Shown piece by piece: positions 19,544-29,351 of a stretch of DNA of 64,000 nucleotides. The DNA lies in the IMG/VR virus record IMGVR_UViG_3300027974_000021; one strand, given 5' to 3'. The translations under genes were made by a program, and so were the position numbers. The notes under the pieces are model-generated. The model did no database searches, was not told the origin of the DNA, and saw only the letters and a list, made by a program, of their open reading frames with translations. The DNA comes from a virus. How positions within the stretch are numbered: position 1 is the stretch's first letter; the number at the start of each line of letters is the position of its first letter.

Positions 19544-19587
19544 TTTACTTGCAATTAAAAATGGGGTATAATATACCTATACCCCAT
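19544..19587 (+). promoter_or_regulatory. Early promoter with a perfect inverted repeat over the -10 box
   Basis: TTTACT-N17-TATAAT; ATGGGGTATA-N7-TATACCCCAT. Confidence 0.65.
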
Positions 19588-19756
19588 AAAAATATTATGA
19601 AAACCTTAAAAGAATTAAAAATAGAATTAAAAGAACTTCAAAACGAACACGAGTTTGAATCAACTAACTATCTAAAAAACAATTATAATCTCAAAAAAAT
19701 AGAAGAAGATATTGTTGAATTACAAGATACAATCAATAAAAGGGAGAAATATACAA

Positions 19757-20854
19757 ATGCCTGATTTTTTAAAAGACGCAATAAAAGATATTAATAACGA
19801 ATATGCTGGTACAGCTGATGGTGATTTAGTCGGAGATTCTACATCATTTGTAGATACTGGATCTTATATATTCAATGCTTTATTATCTGGTAATATCTAT
19901 GATGGCTTACCAGCAAACAAAATTACTGCATTAGCAGGAGAACCATCAAGTGGAAAAACATTTTTCACATTAGGAATTTGTAAAACATTTCAAGAATTAG
20001 GGAAACAAGCAGGCATTATATACTTTGAAACAGAGGGTGCTATCACTAAGGATATGTTAGCTGAAAGAGGAATAGATCCTAAAAGATTTGTATTAATACC
20101 TGTATCAACAGTACAAGAATTTAGAAATCAAGCTACAAAAATTTGTGATAATATTGATAGAGTTCCACTTGAAGCAAGACATCCTATTTTAATTGTATTA
20201 GATTCTCTTGGTAATCTTTCAACTGAAAAAGAAGTAAAAGATATTATTGAAGGAAACGACACACGTGATATGACGAGAGCACAATTAATTCGTGGTGCTT
20301 TCAGAGTACTTGCTTTAAGATTATCTAAAATACAAGTTCCTATGATTGTCACAAACCACACATATGATGTAATTGGGGCTTATGTACCAACAAAAGAAAT
20401 GGGTGGTGGTTCTGGATTAAAATATGCTGCATCAACAATCGTGTATCTATCTAAAACAAAAGACAGAGACAGTGAAAAAAATGTAGTTGGTAATATTGTA
20501 AAAGCCACTTTACAAAAATCTAGATTTACAAGAGAGTTTTTGAAAGCTGAAATAAAACTTTCGTATGAAAAAGGTCTTGACAGATACTATGGATTAATTG
20601 ACGTTGCAGTTGATGCTGGTATATGGAAAGATGAGGGTGGAAGAATTGATGTTGGTGGAACCAAAGTTTTTGGTAAAGCTATTAAAGAAAACCCTGAGAA
20701 ATATTTTACAAAAGAAGTATTAGATAAAATAAATGAATATACTCAAAAAGCATTCAGATATGGATCTACTATTGAACTATCAGATAAAGTGAGTGAAATA
20801 CAACCAGAAGAGAAAAAAGATGGTGGACGAAAAACAAAATCAAAATCCGAATAA
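19757..20854 (+). CDS. uvsX: RecA-like recombinase UvsX
   Basis: [45 protein letters not shown]; start moved to the ATG after AGGGAG. Confidence 0.97.
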   Translation: MPDFLKDAIKDINNEYAGTADGDLVGDSTSFVDTGSYIFNALLSGNIYDGLPANKITALAGEPSSGKTFFTLGICKTFQELGKQAGIIYFETEGAITKDMLAERGIDPKRFVLIPVSTVQEFRNQATKICDNIDRVPLEARHPILIVLDSLGNLSTEKEVKDIIEGNDTRDMTRAQLIRGAFRVLALRLSKIQVPMIVTNHTYDVIGAYVPTKEMGGGSGLKYAASTIVYLSKTKDRDSEKNVVGNIVKATLQKSRFTREFLKAEIKLSYEKGLDRYYGLIDVAVDAGIWKDEGGRIDVGGTKVFGKAIKENPEKYFTKEVLDKINEYTQKAFRYGSTIELSDKVSEIQPEEKKDGGRKTKSKSE

Positions 20855-21335
20855 ATCGGAAATTCCAGCTACAAGGGAAAATTTATTTCCTTTCATTAAT
20901 CCTGACTCATATCAGTCTAAAGAAGCATATGAAGCAGCAAGGGATGAGTATCTTAAATCACAACCAGTAATTGTACCACCATATGAAACTTTAGAAACTA
21001 AAGGTAAATATGGAGCAAATGAACTTAGATTTAAAAATGGAATACTTGAAAATGTAGTTGTATCCTTTGGTAAAGTATCATTTGAAAATCAAACAGATGG
21101 TAATATTAAATTATTCTACGAGTATGATGCTGATGTAGAAAAATCATTACATCCATTTAATGTAGAGATACCAGAAAGTAAGCAATTACTTGAAAGACAT
21201 TTAGGAGACTTTCTTATGGCTTGTATAGAAGAACAAGTTAGAAATAAAACTATTTTGTTTAGAGGTGGCAGCGAAGAAATGGAAGCATATACAAAAAAAA
21301 CTAAAACTGATGAGAATAGAAACAACAATACTTAA
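20820..21335 (+). CDS. Conserved hypothetical protein at the gp40 position
   Basis: [11 protein letters not shown]...LFYEYD...LGDFL; between uvsX and gp41. Confidence 0.6.
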   Translation: MVDEKQNQNPNKSEIPATRENLFPFINPDSYQSKEAYEAARDEYLKSQPVIVPPYETLETKGKYGANELRFKNGILENVVVSFGKVSFENQTDGNIKLFYEYDADVEKSLHPFNVEIPESKQLLERHLGDFLMACIEEQVRNKTILFRGGSEEMEAYTKKTKTDENRNNNT

Positions 21336-22713
21336 AAATTTACTTCATGATGAGGATTATGCTCGTAAAGTTGTACCACATTTACGTGAAGAATATTTCC
21401 AAGATAAAATTGAAAGAGCAATTGCTAGTCAAATACTAAAGTTTTTTATTAAATTTAATAAACCAGCTACAGTTGAAGTTATTGATATTGAACTTGGTAA
21501 TGATAAAGCTTTATTTGAAACTGATTATCAACAAGCACAAGCTTATACGAAAGACTTAAAGAATAAAGAAGATATAAATTCTAAGTGGTTAGTTGACGCA
21601 ACTGAAAAATTTTGTAAAGATAAAGCTGTCTATAATTCTATTATGGATAGTATTAAAATTATAGATGGTCGTGATAAAGTAAGAAAACAAGACAGTATTC
21701 CTTCTTTACTATCTGATGCACTTTCAGTTTCTTTTGATAAATCAGTTGGTCATGATTATCTTGAAAATGCGGACGATCGTTTTGATTTCTATAAACGTAC
21801 AGAAGAAAAAATACCATTTGATATAGATTTGTTTAATACTATTACACGTGGTGGTGTAAGTAATAAAACTTTGAATGTTGCCTTAGCAGGAACAGGAGTT
21901 GGTAAATCTTTATTCTTATGTCATTTTGCATCAGCAAATTTAATGAATAATCTTAATGTACTCTATATAACTTTAGAGATGTCTGAAGAAAAGATTGCTG
22001 AACGTATTGATGCGAATTTATTAAATGTCACTATGGATGAGTTAAAAATCCTAGAGAAAATAGATTTTACTTTACGTGTTGATAGAGTGAAAGAAAAAAC
22101 TAAAGGAAAACTTGTTATAAAAGAGTTTCCTACAGCAACAGCACATGTTGGTCATTTTAGATCATTACTTGATGAACTAAAAATGAAAAAAGATTTTAAA
22201 CCAGATGTTATTTACGTGGATTATTTAAATCTATGTGTTTCTGCTAGATTAAAATATGGTGGAAATAATAATTCTTACACTGTTATTAAGAGCATAGCAG
22301 AGGAATTAAGAGGACTAGCAGTACAATATGATTTACCTATAATGACTGCTACTCAAACAACAAGACAAGGATTTACTTCTTCTGATTTAGGATTAGAAGA
22401 TACTTCTGAATCATTCGGTCTTCCAGCAACAGCTGACTTTATGTTTGCGATTATTGCTACTGAAGATATGATTAAAGAAGGAATAGCAAGTGTAAAACAA
22501 TTAAAGAATCGTTATAACGATCCTAATTATTATAAAAGATTTGTCGTTGGTGTTGAAAGAAACAAGATGAAAGTCTATAATCTTGAAACAGAACATATGA
22601 AAAGACATATGGCACTAGCCGACGCAGGAGATTCTACACCTGTATTTGATAAAGGAAATATAGGTGAAAGAATAAAGGCAGAAACAACATCATCGTTTAA
22701 ATTCGATGAATAA
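21310..22713 (+). CDS. gp41: Replicative DNA helicase
   Basis: AGTGVGKSL, ITLEMSEE, VDYLN, SESFGLPATAD, QLKNRY. Confidence 0.97.
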   Translation: MRIETTILKNLLHDEDYARKVVPHLREEYFQDKIERAIASQILKFFIKFNKPATVEVIDIELGNDKALFETDYQQAQAYTKDLKNKEDINSKWLVDATEKFCKDKAVYNSIMDSIKIIDGRDKVRKQDSIPSLLSDALSVSFDKSVGHDYLENADDRFDFYKRTEEKIPFDIDLFNTITRGGVSNKTLNVALAGTGVGKSLFLCHFASANLMNNLNVLYITLEMSEEKIAERIDANLLNVTMDELKILEKIDFTLRVDRVKEKTKGKLVIKEFPTATAHVGHFRSLLDELKMKKDFKPDVIYVDYLNLCVSARLKYGGNNNSYTVIKSIAEELRGLAVQYDLPIMTATQTTRQGFTSSDLGLEDTSESFGLPATADFMFAIIATEDMIKEGIASVKQLKNRYNDPNYYKRFVVGVERNKMKVYNLETEHMKRHMALADAGDSTPVFDKGNIGERIKAETTSSFKFDE

Positions 22714-22728
22714 CATAAAGGAAAAAAG

Positions 22729-24027
22729 ATGACAACAAAAGTGATAACCGCAGCAACTAAAGTTGATTGTGAGCATTTGCTTGCGACTTTTGTAGATCAT
22801 TCACACTATGACACTTTGGTGGAATATGATTGTGATTTCTATGCTCCATCTGTAGATGGGATAAACAGCGAGAAAAACATTCTGTTTAAGTTTAGAAAAA
22901 ATTGGTTTACGAAAGAGCAACAAGACTTAGCATATAAAGGTCTTCGAGAAGCAGCAGTCGAAACACAAAATCGTGGCATAGCAGCAGGACCAAAAGGTTC
23001 AAAACTTGGTGGTCGTGACTGGGTGACGGAATATCAAGAAGAAATGCTTGAAGCATTATCTAAGTATGAAACTACACTTGATGGTTCTAATCCTATAACA
23101 ACAATCACAGAAAAATATAAAAACAAAGATAAAACAGCAGCAGGAAACAGAGGATCTGTTTGGCTTAAGAATAAAGTCACTGATGAAGGATTTATCTTTG
23201 AAGAGTGGTTAAATGAAATAAAATCATTATCTCGTGATGAAATAGTGAAAGAAGCAATACGAGTAAAGTCTAAATTGACTTCAACAACTTCATATGCGCA
23301 AGCAGTGTGGTCTGGTATTGCTGGATATTTTGATAGATATCCTCGTATTCCTTATGGAAGAGCAACATCATTTACTGAAAAGAATCCTGAGAAATTTGCT
23401 ATGGGGTTCCCATTCTTACAAAAACTTTCAGATGGTTTTAAACAATTACTGCCTGAACGTTTTGCGAAACAAAAAGAAGCATGTGACAAAATGGATCCAA
23501 AGTTTATTATTCCAGGAACTGTATTTACTACAGCGACTGTAAATAAAACTTTTAGAACAGCAGCACATAGAGATGCTGGTGATTTAAATGAAGGATTTAG
23601 TAATCTTACAGTAGTATCAAACAATGGTAAGTACAAAGGAGGTTATCTAGTACTACCAGAATACAAAGTTGCTGTAAATATACGTCCAGGAGATTTATTA
23701 TTAATTAACAATCACGAGGGTATTCATGGAAATACTGAAATGACTGTTGAAGATCCTGAAGCAGAACGTATTTCTTTCGTTTGTTATTTCAGAGAAAAGA
23801 TGCTAGAACTTGGCTCTTGGAATTATGAATTAACAAGAAAAAATTACGTTGAAGATAGACGTAGAAATAAAGACCATCCATTACAAAGAGAACTTTGGAA
23901 TGGAGTTTCAGAAAATATGTGGAAAGATCAAGAATGGTATGATTATCTAACATCTAAATTAGGTAAAGAATCATTATACAAATACCATCCTGAAGCAAAT
24001 AAATCTTCACTTGAAGCATTTTTTTAA
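22729..24027 (+). CDS. TET/JBP-family 2OG-Fe(II) dioxygenase (5-methylpyrimidine oxidase)
   Basis: FTTATVNKTFRTAAHRDAGD (HxD), GGYLVLPEY, GDLLLIN.H..IHGNT (distal H), RISFVCYFREKM (2OG-binding R). Confidence 0.85.
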   Translation: MTTKVITAATKVDCEHLLATFVDHSHYDTLVEYDCDFYAPSVDGINSEKNILFKFRKNWFTKEQQDLAYKGLREAAVETQNRGIAAGPKGSKLGGRDWVTEYQEEMLEALSKYETTLDGSNPITTITEKYKNKDKTAAGNRGSVWLKNKVTDEGFIFEEWLNEIKSLSRDEIVKEAIRVKSKLTSTTSYAQAVWSGIAGYFDRYPRIPYGRATSFTEKNPEKFAMGFPFLQKLSDGFKQLLPERFAKQKEACDKMDPKFIIPGTVFTTATVNKTFRTAAHRDAGDLNEGFSNLTVVSNNGKYKGGYLVLPEYKVAVNIRPGDLLLINNHEGIHGNTEMTVEDPEAERISFVCYFREKMLELGSWNYELTRKNYVEDRRRNKDHPLQRELWNGVSENMWKDQEWYDYLTSKLGKESLYKYHPEANKSSLEAFF

Positions 24028-24029
24028 AC

Positions 24030-25034
24030 ATGTCTCTCCATGAATTTTTAGGAGAGGAACGAGCACTAGATTGGTATTATACTGCTAATTCTTTAAACAA
24101 GGGATTAAAACTTGGTTATCGGAGAGTATCTGGTAAGATAGGATTAACAAATAAAGAATCTGGTGTTCGTGGCGCATGGGTAGAAAAAAGAATTGCACTC
24201 TTTAAGAACTTATTCGCATCTGGTTATTCAATAATTCCTTTTTCAACACCAACAGAAGCAACAGCAGCAGATGGATTTACATCTGTTGATACATACACAA
24301 ATTGTGATATACTTATATTAGAATTTGGTGGAACAAATTTACAATTCTATAAAAAAGATTGGGACAAAACAGTTGAACTGATTAAGTCACATTCTGGTAA
24401 AATAATATTCATTAACGACGATCCTGATCTACCATTTCTTTGGGAGTTATTACCAAATGAAAAATGGGATAGATGGGTAGTCGCAGCAAACGCAACCAAC
24501 TCTGCAGAAGTTTCAACAATTCTTAAATGCCCAATAGGTGTAAGAGTTGTAGATTTACCAATGGCGAATGGAATGTCATTTGAATCTTTTTCAAATGGTG
24601 ATATAGATAAAACTGTTTATATCGGAAGACCAAATGGAAGAACAAAATACTTCAAAGAATTTTTAAAGTCATCAAGTCTTGAAATATCAGGAAAACCAAA
24701 AGAGTGGACTGATTTTAATATAAACGTTATTGAAAATCCACAACAAAAAGATCGAAGAAAATTTTATAGAAATTATAAAGGATGTTTAACTGTTTATGAT
24801 AGTAAGCATAAAACATCTGGATGGAGAACTGGTCGTGCTTTTCATGCACTTTATGCTGGTATTCCAGTTTGTGCACCATCTGGAAATAATGGTTTAAATT
24901 GGACATATCCTGTAGAAACTGCAGAGGACTTAACTAAATTTACATCGTTATCAGATGAAAAACGTAAATTGATTTGGGAAAAACAAAAATCAATTATTCA
25001 AAATGAAACAAATATAGATTTAATTTTATTATGA
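24030..25034 (+). CDS. DNA glycosyltransferase, T4 beta-glucosyltransferase-like (GT-B)
   Basis: Colinear with T4 BGT as recalled: KIIFINDDPDLPF~KIYYLFTDIRLPF, TVYIGRPNGR~VIYGGSFRSGQR, TGRAFHALYAG~TLRVWETMASD, RKLIWEKQKSII~RKEMLSIQHDIL. Confidence 0.78.
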   Translation: MSLHEFLGEERALDWYYTANSLNKGLKLGYRRVSGKIGLTNKESGVRGAWVEKRIALFKNLFASGYSIIPFSTPTEATAADGFTSVDTYTNCDILILEFGGTNLQFYKKDWDKTVELIKSHSGKIIFINDDPDLPFLWELLPNEKWDRWVVAANATNSAEVSTILKCPIGVRVVDLPMANGMSFESFSNGDIDKTVYIGRPNGRTKYFKEFLKSSSLEISGKPKEWTDFNINVIENPQQKDRRKFYRNYKGCLTVYDSKHKTSGWRTGRAFHALYAGIPVCAPSGNNGLNWTYPVETAEDLTKFTSLSDEKRKLIWEKQKSIIQNETNIDLILL

Positions 25035-25480
25035 TAGTATCTTACGATATGGATGGTGTTCTTGCACTAAACCCACCACCAAATATAAAAAAATGGGGAC
25101 ATATGAATGGGGCTGAAAGAAGAGCAAGAAAAGAATTTCTATATGATTGGTATAGTTCTGCTGAACTATTATATAAACCAACTGAAGATAAATTTCATGT
25201 AATTTCAGCAAGAAAGAAAGACCAACGCACATGGGAAATAACGATGAATTGGTTAAATAAATATTTTCCTGGAAGAGTAATTTCATTATCTTTATTAAAT
25301 GTACCAAGAACTGTGAACAATGTAGTAAAGTTTAAGAATGATGCGATTAACTCAATTGGTGCAATCGAGCATACTGAAGATAATAAAAAAGTATTAAGAG
25401 GTATTTCAAAAATTAATAAGACTATTAAATTATACTTTTGGGAAAAGGATATGACAAACAAGGAAATATTCAATGGCTAA
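25031..25480 (+). CDS. HAD-superfamily phosphatase
   Basis: SYDMDGVL (DxDG), ISARK, K, EDN. Confidence 0.8.
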   Translation: MIVSYDMDGVLALNPPPNIKKWGHMNGAERRARKEFLYDWYSSAELLYKPTEDKFHVISARKKDQRTWEITMNWLNKYFPGRVISLSLLNVPRTVNNVVKFKNDAINSIGAIEHTEDNKKVLRGISKINKTIKLYFWEKDMTNKEIFNG

Positions 25481-26063
25481 AAACTATTTTCATTTAAAAC
25501 TTCCTTTTAAAGACCCTTTAAGTGAAAAAGGTATGACGTGGTTTCACAATCTACCACCTTGTTTTATACAAGTACCAAATCAATATTTTAATCCAGAAGC
25601 TGTTGAGTTTTTTAAAAAACATAAATTACTCTATTGGGATGCTGAGGTTTTTTCATTTCCTGCAAATTACAAAATGGAAATACATGTTGATGCTGTTGAG
25701 TTTTCAGAAAAATGTAAATTAAATTGGGCTTATAGTAAAGGAGACCATCATAATCTTTGGTTTAAACCAAAACCATCTTGGATACCAAGAGCAACTGACG
25801 GAGAACAAAACGATGGACGTTATGATGACTACAGCTACACTTTTGAAGAAAATGAAGTTGAAGAAGTTGAAAGAACTACTGTAAGAACACCAACTTGTAT
25901 AGTAAGTGGTCAGCCACATAGTGTGCGAACATATAGTGAGCCAAGAAAAGCAATTTCTGTCACTCTATATCCATATGGAACTAATCCACCAGCTTTACCA
26001 AAAGACTGGGGAATGCCAATATCAAACATGAAAGAGGTTTTAAATGATTACATCGTTGATTAG
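25473..26063 (+). CDS. DSBH/2OG-Fe(II)-like protein, paralog family A
   Basis: IHVD...KLNW...WFKPK...GQPHSV...RKAISV. Confidence 0.65.
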   Translation: MAKNYFHLKLPFKDPLSEKGMTWFHNLPPCFIQVPNQYFNPEAVEFFKKHKLLYWDAEVFSFPANYKMEIHVDAVEFSEKCKLNWAYSKGDHHNLWFKPKPSWIPRATDGEQNDGRYDDYSYTFEENEVEEVERTTVRTPTCIVSGQPHSVRTYSEPRKAISVTLYPYGTNPPALPKDWGMPISNMKEVLNDYIVD

Positions 26064-26197
26064 AACAATCCTTTGGGGATTTGTTAATATTTTATTCTGG
26101 ATAGTTATAGCAACACTATTCTCTCTTATGATATTTACAATATTCATAGGATATGCACTTGAAAGAATGGGGCATTTTATAGATTGGGTATTTAAAC

Positions 26198-26332
26198 ATG
26201 AAAAGAAATCCAGTAGCTAAATCTTTAAGAACACCCAAATTTAAACAAAAGATTGTAAAGAATAAAAAACAGTATAGCAGAAAAAATAAAACAATAGAAG
26301 AAATTAATCATCACTTTGAAATATATGAATAA
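26198..26332 (+). CDS. Small basic protein, ArfA-like (44 aa, not in ORF track)
   Basis: MKRNPVAKSLRTPKFKQKIVKNKKQYSRK. Confidence 0.55.
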   Translation: MKRNPVAKSLRTPKFKQKIVKNKKQYSRKNKTIEEINHHFEIYE

Positions 26333-26921
26333 ACAATACGATTCTAATTTTTTTTTTCATTTAAAAGAACAATTTGATCCACTACAAAATATGGAAATAA
26401 TTAAAAAATTTCCTACAGGAAAACATATTTTAGATAAAAATTATGCATCACCTAATCTTAAATCTTTTGAAACTGATATATTCGAAATAGCTCAAATAGA
26501 GTTATTCGTCACTCCAGCTGGAGGAAAACTAGGTACTCATATTGATTCAGGATCACCAAGTGGTTCAGTTAAAATGAATTTTAGTTATGGTGATTCTAAT
26601 GCTTATATGGAATGGTTTAAATTTAAAAACGGAATGGCTATACCTGTAAATGAATGGATTGATGCTAGAGATTCTGAGATGGATCAAGAGACAGATCAAG
26701 ATAAAATCACATTAAGATATCGCGATAATGATTGTGAACTTATTTGTTCAGAACTTATAAGAAGACCATCAATTGTAAATGTTTCAATTCCCCATGGATT
26801 AAATTGTGAAAACAGTGATATAAAATGTATGACTGTTGCTGTTCTATTTGAACAATATTTAAATAATGAATGGAATAAAATTACAATGCCAAAGGCATTA
26901 GAATTATGGGGTGATAGATGA
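26325..26921 (+). CDS. DSBH/2OG-Fe(II)-like protein, paralog family A
   Basis: THID...KMNF...MEWFK...PSIVNVSIPHGL. Confidence 0.65.
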   Translation: MNKQYDSNFFFHLKEQFDPLQNMEIIKKFPTGKHILDKNYASPNLKSFETDIFEIAQIELFVTPAGGKLGTHIDSGSPSGSVKMNFSYGDSNAYMEWFKFKNGMAIPVNEWIDARDSEMDQETDQDKITLRYRDNDCELICSELIRRPSIVNVSIPHGLNCENSDIKCMTVAVLFEQYLNNEWNKITMPKALELWGDR

Positions 26922-27148
26922 AATATAGAATAACTCCACGAAGAACTTTAGTAAAAACATTGATCTATAGAATATGGGTAATACTTTCTTCTTATATAGT
27001 AATTGTTTTGACAGGACAGACTTGGACTCAAGCATTACTGCCCACAATAATATTGAATGTACTTTGGTCAATTTCTTATTACAATTATGATAGGTTATGG
27101 CAGAAGATTGAATGGGGTATTGAACCAATGAGAAAGAAAAGAAAATAA
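26918..27148 (+). CDS. DUF2061-like small membrane protein
   Basis: RTLVKTLIYRI...YY.YDRLW.KIEWG. Confidence 0.7.
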   Translation: MKYRITPRRTLVKTLIYRIWVILSSYIVIVLTGQTWTQALLPTIILNVLWSISYYNYDRLWQKIEWGIEPMRKKRK

Positions 27149-27301
27149 TATGAATAAACAATATAATGAATATGATTCGTTCGATTCTAATTGGTCAGCT
27201 GAAATAGAATCAATAAATCCATCAGGGCAAAGTCAAGGAAACGAAGAAGTTGACAATTACAAAACATCATCACTTTGGGAAGTTATTAAGGATATGTTTG
27301 A

Positions 27302-27523
27302 ATGAAAGATCGTTTAAACAAAGCTTGGGAGTTTGAAATAATACTTAACGAGAGCAAAAATAAAATAAAATCTTGGTTTTATTCTGACACTGAAGAAGAT
27401 GCGAAAAATAGAATTGAAAATTATATGAATGCTAAAATTATTTCTTTAAAAGAAATACCAAAGCCAGAACTATATTATGCTGATAATAAAAAAAATAAAG
27501 TTATTAAAGAAAACAAAGTTTGA
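27302..27523 (+). CDS. Hypothetical protein
   Basis: 73-aa ORF. Confidence 0.5.
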   Translation: MKDRLNKAWEFEIILNESKNKIKSWFYSDTEEDAKNRIENYMNAKIISLKEIPKPELYYADNKKNKVIKENKV

Positions 27524-27746
27524 TTCTTTCGCAAGATGGACTGCAGCAATTGCAGGCATTTTTGCAGCACTTTGCACTGGAAGTGCAGTGTTATCTTTTC
27601 AAGTTTGGGGATGGGTACTCGCTTTTATATCTTCTAGTTGTTGGTTCTATGCAGCAAGTGTAGATTCAGATAAACCACGTATTTTAATGAACTGTTTCTA
27701 TGTAATTTGGTCTTTAATTGCTATAATTAATTGGATTCGTTTTTAA
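27477..27746 (+). CDS. Small multi-pass membrane protein
   Basis: Three hydrophobic segments. Confidence 0.6.
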   Translation: MLIIKKIKLLKKTKFDSFARWTAAIAGIFAALCTGSAVLSFQVWGWVLAFISSSCWFYAASVDSDKPRILMNCFYVIWSLIAIINWIRF

Positions 27747-27754
27747 CCTAAATA
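27747..27754 (+). promoter_or_regulatory. Candidate gp55-type late promoter
   Basis: CCTAAATA, resembling T4 TATAAATA, 5 nt before ATG; similar sites at 30586, 38630, 51173 and 61777. Confidence 0.5.
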
Positions 27755-27759
27755 ATGGT

Positions 27760-28248
27760 ATGGCATATATTACTTTTAGAGGGGGAACAAAAGAACAGAA
27801 AAAACTAGCTAAATCATTAGCTGAGTTTTGTCTTAAAAAACTCATTTCATCTCGTCTAAGTAATACATTAGATATTCGTATAGTATTTAAACCAACACTC
27901 TACACAAAAACAGAGTCGTATGGTGAAACTACCTATTATGAAGATTCAAATATACCACCAAAAGACTTCCTTGTAGAAATAGATTCAAAATTAAAAATGA
28001 GAAGTATGCTTGAAACAATTGCTCACGAGTTGGTTCATGTAAAACAATGGGCTACTGGTGAGATGAGAGAAACTAAAGATAATTTTATTACTAAATTTAA
28101 AAAAGACACCATTAATTCAAACAAAGTAAATTATTGGGATCAACCATGGGAAATAGAAGCGATGGGTAGAGAAGAAGGATTGTTTATTCAATGGGTTGAA
28201 GAAATGAATTTGTCTGAACAAACTTGGACTAAACGAAAGTATTTCTAA
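27760..28248 (+). CDS. HExxH zinc metallopeptidase-like protein
   Basis: TIAHELVHVKQW...YWDQPWEIEA. Confidence 0.8.
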   Translation: MAYITFRGGTKEQKKLAKSLAEFCLKKLISSRLSNTLDIRIVFKPTLYTKTESYGETTYYEDSNIPPKDFLVEIDSKLKMRSMLETIAHELVHVKQWATGEMRETKDNFITKFKKDTINSNKVNYWDQPWEIEAMGREEGLFIQWVEEMNLSEQTWTKRKYF

Positions 28249-29351
28249 TGGCTGCAAATCCATCTGAATTTATTGCAAACCTTTTTAACGTTAAATCGAT
28301 AATTGAAATAATTAAAGAGTCTCCAGCAAAAGTAATTTTTAATAAAAATGATATAGTAATTTATACAGCAGATAAATCTACAAGAAGCAATGCTTTTGAT
28401 AACTTTAGAAAAGCTGCAGATAAAATTAAATCAAATTCTAAATCTAAATTTAAAAATTATCATATAAAACCCTCTTCTAAATCTTCACTTGGCGTATTTC
28501 AATTCTTTTTAGATTCAGCCAAATTACAGAAAGCATCAGGTGATATTTACTTTAAACCTATTATAACAAAAGGTTCAGGTGGTAAAGTTTTTGAAAATGA
28601 ATTAGAAAAAGATTTAAATGCTTACTTTAAAGGAGAGCCAGTAAAAAATTTAAAACATGCAGATACAATTCAATCTTTATTCTCAAATAAAACATTTCTT
28701 AGTATATATAAAATAACACCAAAAAATTTAAATGCATTTGAAGCGAAAGCAGTAGGAAATAGAAATTCAAAAAGACCAGCAAGTTTTTCAAATGGTCAAA
28801 TATCTCTTGGGAATAACACAGGAGAAGCTGTAAGTGATATTGATATTATTGGTCCGAATAAATCTATATATTGTTCTCTTAAATTTTCATCATCTTATTA
28901 CATCTATAATGGAAGTATGAAAGAAATATTTGAAGTCACTCCTAGAGTGAGAGATGAAGCATATAAGTTCTTTGGTTTAGATGGAATCGGAATGGCTGGA
29001 TTTGGCGAGATATTTCGTTCAAATGTAGTTTCTCCCAAAAGTCTACAAGTAGTTAGGAAAAATTTAGCAAAAACTATTCAATTATCTCTTGGGCAAGAAG
29101 TGACACTAATTAATAAATTCGGTCCAGGAAAAAATGATATTGATGTAATTTTTAAAGGATATACGTCTGATGTTTTAATTTCAGCAGATCCAGTTTACAA
29201 ATATCCTGAATCTGGAAAACGTAAATATGCAGCAATAGAATTTCCAGCAACTATCAATAACGACAAATATGCTGTTGGAATGCAATTTAGAGGAACAACA
29301 GAGGGTGCACTTACACCAAGATATTTAAGAATATTATTAAAAAAAATATGA
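28248..29351 (+). CDS. Putative restriction-like PD-(D/E)xK endonuclease
   Basis: GKVFENEL...AVSDIDI...IYCSLK. Confidence 0.5.
   Translation: MAANPSEFIANLFNVKSIIEIIKESPAKVIFNKNDIVIYTADKSTRSNAFDNFRKAADKIKSNSKSKFKNYHIKPSSKSSLGVFQFFLDSAKLQKASGDIYFKPIITKGSGGKVFENELEKDLNAYFKGEPVKNLKHADTIQSLFSNKTFLSIYKITPKNLNAFEAKAVGNRNSKRPASFSNGQISLGNNTGEAVSDIDIIGPNKSIYCSLKFSSSYYIYNGSMKEIFEVTPRVRDEAYKFFGLDGIGMAGFGEIFRSNVVSPKSLQVVRKNLAKTIQLSLGQEVTLINKFGPGKNDIDVIFKGYTSDVLISADPVYKYPESGKRKYAAIEFPATINNDKYAVGMQFRGTTEGALTPRYLRILLKKI

Noticed and set aside
19712-21309. ORF-track starts for uvsX (19712), 20793 and gp41 (21265), and likewise 49217, 53212 and 62368
   Set aside because: Upstream extensions overlap preceding genes; internal ATGs with better RBS or family-typical N-termini were used instead
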